64,000 nucleotides of DNA. It comes from Schmidtea polychroa. Taxonomy: Eukaryota. Of this stretch, positions 44,601 to 57,100 are shown piece after piece. Where the stretch lies: assembly GCA_044892525.1 (NCBI GenBank), contig CM097885.1, positions 85,250,001 through 85,314,000 of the forward strand, given 5' to 3'. Position 1 is the stretch's first letter; each line of letters opens with the position of its first letter. The translations under genes were made by a program, and so were the position numbers. The notes under the pieces are model-generated. The model searched no databases, was not told the DNA's origin, and saw nothing but the letters and a program-made list of their open reading frames with translations.

Positions 44601-47600
44601 TCTACAAATTTTAAAAAGTTACCGTTATTTTTTTCATAGATAGTATCTGACGAGCCACGCAGAGACAGGCATTGTCTGGCAAGATATTTTATGATTTCGA
44701 CAATTCTCTCCAAAACAGCGTACCAATGTTTCTTTTCAACTGCGTATACTTTTACGAGTTCAGCATCTATTGTAGTTAAGTTGTTCATTTTCTTTTTTAA
44801 TTGAGTCCACTTTAAAAAACAATTAACATGTAATGTACTAACTTCATGAGCTGCAAGTGTTTTTGACAAATTTCTCCAGCAACTAAAACCATTTATAATC
44901 AAATGCTGGTTTCCTTCTATTTGATTTATAAACAATTTACAACAAAAACAGAAAACACGGTTTGCTGAACTTGAATAAACTAACCATGATCTTGGTATAA
45001 TTTCATTATTAGGTAATTTACGATTGTAATAATAATTAGTAAAACTTCGTCCATCATCATCACGGGGATAAACTTCTTTCCTTATTTGCATTGGTCCTTG
45101 CTCAATAATAATTTTTCTAATTTTATCATTAATAAATTTAGGCCAAGTTGCGGGATCAATTGAATGAAAATCAGCACTATTACTTATAGTTTCAGTTAAA
45201 TGTATGGTTTGAAGCTCTTTGTTAGATGAAGATGTTATTTCTGTTTGTAAATTTATAGATTGTGTCTCATTAGTGGCATTATTTCTAACTTCACCATTTG
45301 TGCTATCCTCTGGAATAATCTGATCATCCGTTAACGTTATTGTAGGTATTGTCAAATTTGCTTTTTTTAAATATTGGTTAAGGCTTCCCTGATTTTTTTG
45401 TTCCTCCAACTCTCTCTTCGCCTTTCGTTTTCGATTTTCACACCCGGATAATTTTGTCTTTGAATTCATATTTTATGATATAGGTAAGCTAATAAAAATT
45501 TTTTTAATTAAAAAAATATAAATTTTAGAAGTAAAGATAAAAATAATTAAATAATACCTACCACCGTACAATGATTCAATTCCGCAAAATAACTAATGTA
45601 CTGAAACAAAACACTTTTTTACTATTAAACTGTACTGAATTTTATTTTACTATTAAAATTTTAATATTAAATTTTTTTTTATTAGCGAAAAAAGTTTACC
45701 AAATAACAACTGAACTGATTGAAAACTGAATAGAACTGATAGACTTTTAAAATAATTTTTTTTAGCATTAATTTTTTTAATCGAAATAACTAAACCGAAT
45801 ATAGCAGGCCGTTTCAAAATAAATTTATGCATGTATAATTTATTTTGTTTTGCGAAATAATTAAACAATTCTTAAACACTTCGAAACCTAGTAGGCCAGT
45901 AGTTTTTCAAGGAAATTTTATTTAAAAAAAAAAAAAATTTCTTATTAAAAAAAAATTTGTTAATGGTTTTTTTGTTAAATATTAAAAAGAAACTAAAATT
46001 CTAAATTGTTTAGCGCCCTTTCCGAGAGGCGCCCCGATGCTTTGCATCCACCGCTTCCNNNNNNNNNNNNNNNNNNNNNNNNNNNNNNNNNNNNNNNNNN
46101 NNNNNNNNNNNNNNNNNNNNNNNNNNNNNNNNNNNNNNNNNNNNNNNNNNNNNNNNNNNNNNNNNNNNNNNNNNNNNNNNNNNNNNNNNNNNNNNNNNNN
46201 NNNNNNNNNNNNNNNNNNNNNNNNNNNNNNNNNNNNNNNNNNNNNNNNNNNNNNNNNNNNNNNNNNNNNNNNNNNNNNNNNNNNNNNNNNNNNNNNNNNN
46301 NNNNNNNNNNNNNNNNNNNNNNNNNNNNNNNNNNNNNNNNNTCTAATAATTATCTGTCAATTATTAGTAAACTGTAAAAAGTGTTATCAAAATGCCTGTA
46401 TTTCCGAATTCCGTTAACTCTCAGAACTCTACAATAAATAGTGAACTCATTATATCTCCTTAATATCAGCCTATTTACTTCCAAAAATATTATTTTAACT
46501 TTTACTTTTTGAAATTAACATTCCAAGTACATTTTTACTGTTATTTTAGGATTTTTGCCCGAGCCATACTATTATTGTATTATAGTATTATAGATAATAT
46601 TTAATAATTGATATTAACCAATCACCGTTTAGACAGGACATGAGTATCCGCACGGTACTAACTGAAGAAAGGGATAAATTTCTCGAAGTTAAGGCAAGAT
46701 TGTCTGCTTTATTAGAAAGACAAATTACCGAATTTCGATATTATTTTCCTTTTGGAAGACCCGAAGGTGCTCTCAAACAAACATTAGGCCTTTTAGAGCG
46801 AGTAAATTTCATCATTATTTTTAGCTTTTATACATTTTATTGAAATTTATCGACTATGGCAACGATCATAGCCATTATGATAATGGATGGCATAGATCAA
46901 ACCTGACAAACTCAGACGAACGCCTTTCAATTTAATTGATAAATAATTCAGAATTTCTTTCTTTAAAATTTCAATTAATTTATTAAATTTTCTTTTAAAA
47001 ATGTTCAATTAAATTGATTAATTTATCTATCGATTATTTGAAGGGAAATTTGAAATGAAAATTATCTGCATTGTGAAAAGATTTTCCGGTAAAATCAATT
47101 ATTTCCCGTGCTTTTTTAATTTGTTGAAAATAATTAATCAATTCCTTTAATCGATAGCATCAATGGTTTTTTAATTGAAAAATATAAACAAATTGAAATA
47201 TTTTTACTTCAATACAATGAGACAGTTGTTTGAATGTCGTGAGTTTGGAAAATTGTTCTCCTAGACGAGAATTTTTCATATCAAAATTCTGAATATTGTT
47301 TGAAAATGTATTTCGCAATTGCTCTGGAAACGAAATTTGCTTATCATTTATTTGTCTTATATATCAAGCACTGGAGATTNNNNNNNNNNNNNNNNNNNNN
47401 NNNNNNNNNNNNNNNNNNNNNNNNNNNNNNNNNNNNNNNNNNNNNNNNNNNNNNNNNNNNNNNNNNNNNNNNNNNNNNNNNNNNNNNNNNNNNNNNNNNN
47501 NNNNNNNNNNNNNNNNNNNNNNNNNNNNNNNNNNNNNNNNNNNNNNNNNNNNNNNNTTATAAGATTATTACACCTGTTTGCACGGAATATAAGCATCTAT

Positions 47601-50600
47601 AATAAGGGTTATAATTTATTTTTAATTACTTTTCAACTTTTTCTTAGGAATTTATACATGAAATTTATTTTATAATTATTTTGGAATTATTTCGATATAA
47701 TTTAAGTCAGATATATTTTTACTATGGTTTATTAAAGAAAGTAATCGCCAAACACATTAATTTTTTTAATAGATTAATTAAAGTTCTTCTGAAATGATTT
47801 GTTTGCTGTTACCTTTTTTGCCTTTAGAAATTTCTACACATTTTTTGTATTTGTAAATTGTTTCAATTGATTTTTTCGTGATTCCGTAATCTTCCAAAAT
47901 CATAACAATCTTGGCCATTTTCGAAGGCATCAATTAATCGAATTTTTTTTATGTTTTGAAATTCTAATAAAATATTATTTTTTTCAATTAAGTTATTAAA
48001 ATTTACGATTTTTTTTTATCGAAATCAAGAGGTGGAAGGATCTGGTTGAATATTTGAAATTTTACCTTAACAGAAATATCTAAAATTCTATAGAAATATT
48101 AAATTTATAATATAATTTTATAAATAAATCTTACGAAGTTTTTTGTAATAAAGTTTAAACAATTAAGTTTTTAATGCTTTTATTCCATGCAACATTTCTA
48201 TATATCAAAAGCTTATATGCATATTTTATTAAGTGTTGTGTTTGTGTGTTAAACTACTTTTTTCCGCCACCTTCTCACTTTCTATAGCAGTAGTTCTCAA
48301 CCTTTTGTGTTGGCGACCCCATTGATATTTTTTTACGACGTCGTGACCCAAATATTTTTAAGGAAAATATAAAATACCAGAAGGATTGGAAACAATTTTT
48401 CACAGATATATATATTTTTATATATATGGCGACCCCATCAGAGGTCGCAACCCCGAGGTTGAGTGTATACTTTTATTCCATGCAACATTAAAATTCTAGA
48501 CACAGGTAAGTTTGTGTATTTTAATAATATAAGAGTATAAATTATTCTATATATTATAGATACTTTTATTCAAGGCGCCCATCATCGAATCGATCACCTA
48601 TTTTGTAGTTCTAAAATAATTAAACTGAAATCACACTTATTTTTCCTAAAATAATATAAAAGGCGTAATATAATACCTAAAGGTATTTTAGTCACAATCA
48701 AACCCTAGTTCACTTTTGCATCCCAACAAACGCTCCAACTCAAAGAAAAATTGGAAAGAGAATGGCTAACATTGTACATCCATACATGTTATAAAAGGAT
48801 CAGCTATTGCGATCCTTTAACTCTAAGAGATACAATCTGTTGCCAAAATCTCTCAGCTTTCACAAAACACAAAAGAGTTCGTAGAGAATTACTTTTTAAA
48901 TTAATATAGCTCCAATAGACCCAATATACAAATAAGACACGTCAACAAACCAGTAATATACGTACTCTTCCCTTTCTTAAACAGACATGTAATATAATCA
49001 GATCTTACTTCTACCATACAGACTTACCAGTACATATTTGTCTAACCTTCACAACTGCTGCACCTTTGAAATCACAACTTCGGAAATTTCAAAAATCTCC
49101 AACATCAGACCTGTTTCACCGAGATTGTTTCTGCCGCTCCTCTGCCAGATGTTTTTGCTTTTCAAAAATCATTGTATATCAAGTCACTTGCACAAGATGT
49201 GATCCAACGTACATAGGGGAAACACATTAAACATTCCGAACAAGACTCAATGAACACACCAAAAACAAAACCAGTAATTTTCAAGAACACTGAAAAAAGT
49301 ACACAAATTAACACCACTCTTACAGGAAACAAAAACGCAAAATACAAAATGAGTTGATCTCTTCATCAAAAAACACGAATCCTCCATCAACGTTCAACTA
49401 ACTTAAATTTCAGGGACAATTGAAACTTAAAAATTAAAATTAAAATTGACCAATAATATTATTATAAATTACAAAATAAATTAATTTTATTATTATTAGT
49501 TAATTTTTGTCATAATCTGGTTTGCTTGTATAATTATTGTAATAATTCAGTTGGTTTAGCAGATAGTTGTAAATAATATTCCCTATAATTCACTATCTGA
49601 ATAAGTTTCACGATTCCTCTGAGCATAGGATTACTGCTTTATTAATTAGGAGTTATACAGTTCAAAGCTTACTGCTGCCAAAACAAGTAGAAACGCCCAA
49701 ATTTGTCATTATGTTAGAAATTTTCTAAATTTTATGTTTACTCATGTGCAAAAACGAATTTCGAAATTTGTCATATTATGTTTTGTGAAATAATCAACAT
49801 AATTATCTATCGTATCCTATCTATGTTTTAGTCAAGTTTTTATAATTGCAAGTTAACCATTTTCCAGCATAATATTCTCTAGAAACTAGATTTACGTTGC
49901 TGAATGTCGAGTAAATACTTAATATCTAATTCTAATATTTTAATTCTTATTAGAATAATTTGATATAATTGTACTAAATGTGTGAGGTATTCCCACCAAT
50001 CAGTTGAAGTCTCTGAAATATCCATTCGGTTATCTGTATCAATTTGACCAATATCAAAATAAATATTTGATTGCTCCTAACATAAGTTAAATCACTGAAG
50101 GAACACTTATACTTAGTTTTCCAATCCTTACCTTTAGAAATTGCGTCCAACTCTCGTATACATTCTCAGAATCTGAGAGTACCACCAACCGGTGGTCAAC
50201 ATAGAAAGCTCATAGAATGTTTTTTTAACCATAGACAATAGTTAAAACGCAGTTATTGTAAATTTGAATTTAGCAAGGTAAACTGGGTAAATAAAATTGT
50301 ATCCAAGCAGTTAAATCCCCAAATAACCGAAGTATACATAATAAATTAATTTAACTGTAGTCACATTCCATTTGATTGCAAGTTTCGAGTTTCGACCGTT
50401 CCTATTCCTTCATAAATATTATAAGTATAAAACATTATAAAAAATATCCAAAAGTCCATTAGTTAAGTTTGATAGTAGCAAATTGAATCACTATTTTATA
50501 AATTTTCAATATGACTTTTCTTCCATAAATTTTTGTCACTCATTCCGATGCAATTTTTTGGGAATTTTCCTGTCACCACTGTTTGTAAATATCAATAGAA

Positions 50601-51328
50601 TAATCAGTTATTTTCTCATTCTGGTCCCTGGATTTCTTATGATTATCCTCATTATTATAATTTCTATAGCATTGTCTGATTAAATGCCGGGTTTTCACTA
50701 TAGAATAAAGTAAAATGGAATATTTGTAATACATTGTCACAACATAATTTGCGCATTGCGTTATTCTCTTTCGCCTTTCTATTATTAGTACTATTAATAA
50801 TGGGAACACTTGAATGAGACAAATCATGAAAATATCTTTCCCATATAATTCATAATTTATTCCCGAAATTTTGTTGATTGATTTTCTGGACTGTGAAGTG
50901 AAAATATTGAGATCCTATTTATTAATTGAGCATCGTTGTCCAGAATACGAAACCTCTTGATGGCATTTCGTTAGGAAAAACCTAATAATCTAAATGTTGT
51001 TATTGAAAATGGAAAAATAAAAATATTTATTATATATGTTTATTCTCAATATTTAATTAATTTTCAAAAAACATTTTCTATGGTAATTCCTGTCTTGATA
51101 TTAGGTATTAATGAAAGACTCTGGTGCTCCAGCATCTGCTGAAGAAGTACGATTCGTCATCAAAGGTTGTTTAGAAAAAGCCGCCCTAGTAAATTATACT
51201 AGGGTGTCAGAATATGCAAATATCGAAGGTTTATCATTTTAAATATTTAATGCATATTATTGCTTTCATTTTACTAGCGCAAGATTCCAGTAACAAAAAT
51301 GGTATTTATATTTTGTTTAATTTGAATA

Positions 51329-51374
<46 letters not shown>

Positions 51375-51422
51375 AGAAAATGTATATTATTAAGAACAAT
51401 CGATAATATGGTGAGAGAAATG

Positions 51423-51503
<81 letters not shown>

Positions 51504-54104
51504 AAGCACAGTTATAACAGACACAAACAATCAAATGAATGATCCCAACCAATCTTAGTGATATATTTCTCCTTATCGTAATTCCCATTTAATTAGTCAA
51601 TCATATCAAATATTTGTTTCTTGATAAATGTTTGATCTGTTGGTAATTTGGGCTTGATGAATATTATTTAATAAATTATTTTTTAAATATATATAATAAC
51701 ATCACTAAAATAACAATTTGTGTATTTTAAATTTATCAAATGCAGTTTTTATTCAAAAGTCAACGGTATATAAAAAATAATGGAAACAACGGTACTTCCG
51801 TGTTATCTTACCCCCAAAAATTAAATTATAAAATACAATTAAAATAACAATATAAAAAATGAGAGAAGTACATAATGACGTTATTGAACATGAATTTATT
51901 AAGGCTATCTGTGATTTATGTGATTATGTGAGTTATGTGGCGCAAACGTGTTCTAAGCAACAGTGCCGATGTGTTCGACACTATTCTCAACGACATTGTG
52001 GTTTTCTGGCCACCTGGATGACCATTTACAAACTCTTTACAAACATTTGCTGAGTTTGTAACTGTGATTTAGAAAATAAATATAATAATTATATGTGTTC
52101 TTTTTTAACTTAATTTTTGGGGGTAAGATAACACGGAAGTACCGAAACAACTCATTAGTTAGAAATCAAACTGAAAAAACCTTTGATTCCTGGCCCGTGT
52201 ATGGTACTGAATATTAATTAATTATTTCAATAAAATACTATTGGATTAACTTATTGGTTAATTGATAAAGAACAAAACATTTTCCCCATTTTTATAAATA
52301 ATAATCTTTATTGTTATAAATTACCATTGTATACGGTAATAAGAATGCAGAAGGAATTTAAACTGTGTAAATAACTCTCAAGATGAATGGAAACGGGGAA
52401 ATAGAAATTATTAAAGCAAGATGTCGTGTCAGTATCGTATTCAGTTGCAATAAAACCCTATTGTGAATTGCCATTTTCCAGGTAGGTCGCCCATCAACAA
52501 CATTTTGGAATTTCATGACTACGAGACAGGACTAATATTTCTTTTTACTTTCATCATGATTAATCACAAATTTATAAAATTTTATTCAATGAATGCATCC
52601 TTAATATTTCAGAACGAACTGTGAATGACATTATCCATTTGGCAGAACTTTGTATAGAGGTTCTTAGGCAAAATGAGGAACACCACGCAGAGGTATAAAC
52701 GAAGGATTATAATTATTCTGTTGTCAGTTTTAATTGTTGTAAAGCCGCATTACTCTGGGCTTCCAGTTATAAAGGGAATTATTTGTTGTCCCTTAATGTT
52801 TCTCGGTTGATGTCGTATTTNNNNNNNNNNNNNNNNNNNNNNNNNNNNNNNNNNNNNNNNNNNNNNNNNNNNNNNNNNNNNNNNNNNNNNNNNNNNNNNN
52901 NNNNNNNNNNNNNNNNNNNNNNNNNNNNNNNNNNNNNNNNNNNNNNNNNNNNNNNNNNNNNNNNNNNNTGTAAGGATGTTAGCAAATTTGCCAATATTAA
53001 TCATTCTTAATGGAAATCGTGAAGTCGGATTGTTCAAATGAAAAAGAAGGCAAAAAATACTACTATCAGTAAAATCATTAACTTTTTGTTGACCTTTGAT
53101 CTTTTTCTTTTTTCTATGTTTCCTCTCTCCCTGTAACACAAATTTGATCTATATTCTTTTTAAAAATTAAAGAAAAAATAGTCCCTTCATTAAGTTCTTA
53201 CCTGTTTTTTTAAGAAGTAATTACTGTTGAAAAGGTAAACTATGATGTAAAAAGATATTGGATATGTAAAAGAAATTATTCTGAAAAAAGACTTCTACAT
53301 GTGACTTACATTTTTATTTATTTAGTAATGAAAATAATTTTCTAGAGTTCTTAATAGTTGTCGTATGAATAATTAATGTTGTGTTTTACAGATTTAGAAG
53401 CTGAAAACTGAAGACAGAAAAATTAGTTAATTTTCATGATATTAGCAGTTAAGATGTAATATGGGTTATAAGCCAATATGTGACAATTTGGGCCTCGATT
53501 TAAATTTTGATTGTGCATTCTCTAATTGTAAAACTTCCAAGGCTTAACTTCTCCATATATATATATAATCTATTTATGAAATGTTTTGTTACTTTTTTAA
53601 AAAAATAAGTTTTAATTACAATTAGCTTTAAGAAACCTTTTCATTGACTGACACTTGGTTAGCCTTACAACAATTATTAGTGTCTCAGAATCTTCGAAGT
53701 GACTATTTATTTGTCTGCTTATTTCAATTCCTTCTTCAAACGAATCGTGGTTGATTTAGTGATTTGGTCACTTCATGTTATTAAATATTCGAAATCCTTA
53801 TTATTATACAATTCATATCATATCTTTGCATTTTTTTGAATTAATTAATTATAAATAATAATAATAATAAATAATTACTTAATAATAAAAATAAAAATTT
53901 TTAATAATAAATTATATTTTACAGTCATTCGCTTGGTTCAGTGATTTACTCGTTGTACATACTGAGATATTTTGGTCACTTTTTGCTGTGGATATGATGG
54001 ATGTTTTGCAACAACAACCTCAAGATAATTGGGATAGTTTCCCATTGTTCCAGCTATTAAACGATCATTTATTAATGGATGGTATGATTTAATAATTATA
54101 GTAC

Positions 54105-54152
<48 letters not shown>

Positions 54153-57100
54153 AGATGGCCCCTGGTTTGGGGCATCATTTTTCACCCGGGGGTGCCCCAG
54201 AACTTTAAATGTAAAATAAATAAGTTTCATGATAAAAGCATTTATTTTTTAATCAAAAAATCGGTAATTTTGATTTCACAAGCTTTTCTAATATCATTCA
54301 AAAGTTTTTCTAAAGAATCTGAAATAAATATTCTAATATTTTCCTCTAATTTTTCTAATTGTTTTAAAACATCTGAAGTTTCAACATCATTTATAATCTC
54401 TTCGCCATTGTAAAATTTAATGTTTTCAATCCCATCAAGATTTTCAAATGTTTCTTCTATTACGTCATTGATATTTTCTTCAACTTCATCCTTTATAATG
54501 TCACCAAGGTCTGATTTACGATATTCATTAATTTTATTCCAACAATTTTTGATAGTTTCAACCCTTAACATTTCCCAAGCCTCTGAAATTATAACAATAG
54601 CTTGTTGTATATTTAATTTGGAAAGAAAATTCGATTATTCATAATTATTAAGAAAAAAATTCATGAGTATATAAGTTTTGAAAGTTTTTATGATGCCCAT
54701 ATCAAAGGTTGAATAAGTGAAGTTGTTTTTGAATAAAAATAATAACTTGACATTTAAACATTCCAATGATTTATGACAACTGGTATTATTAAGAAGGAGA
54801 ACTATTTTTCTATTTTGCTTGATCATTTCAGTATTTAACATTCTCAGCCATGTTTGAAATATTTCTGTTGTCATCCAAGCATTTTTTGAAGATAAATATA
54901 AAACTCTGAAATCTTTAAGATTAAAGTTTTTCATACATCGGGGATTTTTCTATTTTTCAATAGTAAGTGGTTCTAGTTTTTCGTCTTCTAAACTACAAAA
55001 CAAAAATAAAGTAATATTTCTTTGATTTTTTAGCTACATTATAACTGTCACTTTTCTCAACAAAAGATTTAGATGGAAGATTTTTTATAAATAACGCCGT
55101 TTCATCACAATTAAATGTTACGTTGTCCGTATTCTAAAATGTATTTATCATATGCAAAGTAAAATTCATCTAAACCCGATTTGTCTGCAGATTTGGTTTC
55201 ACCACAGATCTTTTTGAACAACAACAATTTACATCTATCTAACTAACCTTTAGACGCACAAAAATCTTTAATAGACATTTTAATAATTTAATAGACACTT
55301 TTTTTCCAATCATTTTAAGTACTGGTCCATTTATTCAAATATCATCTTCTCTTAATTTTAAAAAACTTTCGTATACCATAATTGTTTCGGCTGATTTTGA
55401 GCTCGCGTCAATGTGCACGTTGTTGTGGTGGTTTTTTTTGTATGTGTGTACATACAGACACGGACAGGGTTATTTTTTACTCTTTTTGTTTGTATTTGAA
55501 TTTCGGAATTTTCTCCCTTCCTCGCGTTTGTGTGTGCATAATTTTGGAATTATTATTTGGTTTATCGAAATTGATTGACATTTTGGAATTTTTCGATATT
55601 ATGTTTTTGTTTGTATACTTGGAAAATATGTCAACATGTGTTTACATTTTAAATTTGAAGATTAACAGATTTCTATGAAATTATTAAATTAATTGTTTAA
55701 TGTCAAAATAATGCCAATGCTGCTGTTCGAAACGAACGTTATGGAATTGCGTTCAATGAATATAAACGATATTAAATATATTAAATTCTATGCCGTTAGA
55801 GACTGATGACGAGGAGAAAATTCGATCGAGTCATGTTGTGAAATTATATTTGAATATGGCTCATGGTGATTTGAAATTAAACCGGGAACCATCTGCAATC
55901 AAATGTTGCAATACGGTGTTTGCTAAGCAGTCTGTGAATGCAAGAGCCCTTTATCGAAAAGGAAAGGGTCTGATGATTATTAGAGAATTTGAAGCTAGTA
56001 TTTCAAAAAATTGTCAAACTCGAGATCATGTTTTGTTGCCTCATACAGTTGGAGTCAAGCAAATGATAATTTATGTAAATAAGACCTTGATTCAGACTTC
56101 ATTTGAATTTTATTTGTTCATTAATAATAATAATAATACACAAACATCTTTTGTGATTAATTATGGATGAGAAACTTAATTTTTGTCAATAAAATTTAGA
56201 AAATTTGAAAAATGGTAAATTCCATCTACAACTAGTAGAAATTTTTACTCCTCAAGTTGTCAGATATGTGGATCTAATGGAGGCATCAATAGGGCAATCA
56301 ATTCAGAAATCATTCGAGCATGAAGCCTGCAATCAGTCAGTAAATATAACATCTGCTGCCGGTTTAACGAATATGACATCGATGAGTGTAGGCTCGTTAG
56401 TAACTGCAGCAGCCAGCTCAGTTGTTGGTAACAGCAACTTTAGTAATGATAATTTTCCAGATGGGGGTAATGCGTTCGGTATTTCATCTGGCGGTAGCAA
56501 TCCACAGCCATTTGATGTTAAAACTGACGATTTACTATGGAAACTTGAAGCACTTCAGAATTTCATTAAAGAACTTCATTGGCCGGAAGAAATATTTGCC
56601 GAACATTTAGATAACAGATTAAAGATGATGGCAGCCGACATGATTGAAGCTGCAGCCCAAGGGTGATTGAATTATCGTAGGAGAGATTTGATTAGCTTTA
56701 ATATTTTACAGAACATTGAATTGCTTCGATTCCATGTTAAAAATGTCCACAAAAACTACAGATTTTATTTTGCATTCTGAATGCTGTGCTATGCTAAATG
56801 CCATCATTAACATGAAAGCCAGTGTATTCAAGCTCTGCACTATGAATATGGGAACCAATATTGTAAGACTACAAAATAATTGTAANNNNNNNNNNNNNNN
56901 NNNNNNNNNNNNNNNNNNNNNNNNNNNNNNNNNNNNNNNNNNNNNNNNNNNNNNNNNNNNNNNNNNNNNNNNNNNNNNNNNNNNNNNNNNNNNNNNNNNN
57001 NNNNNNNNNNNNNNNNNNNNNNNNNNNNNNNNNNNNNNNNNNNNNNNNNNNNNNNNNNNNNNNNNNNNNNNNNNNNNNNNNNNNNNNNNNNNNNNNNNNN

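Noticed and set aside
50400-50980. Possible decayed Gypsy integrase or other coding fragment on the minus strand
   Set aside because: Only vague motifs across several frames; not supportable without a profile search.
52380-52520. Possible extra CAPS exon around ttttccag|gtaggt
   Set aside because: No acceptor/donor pair gave a stop-free, phase-compatible exon.
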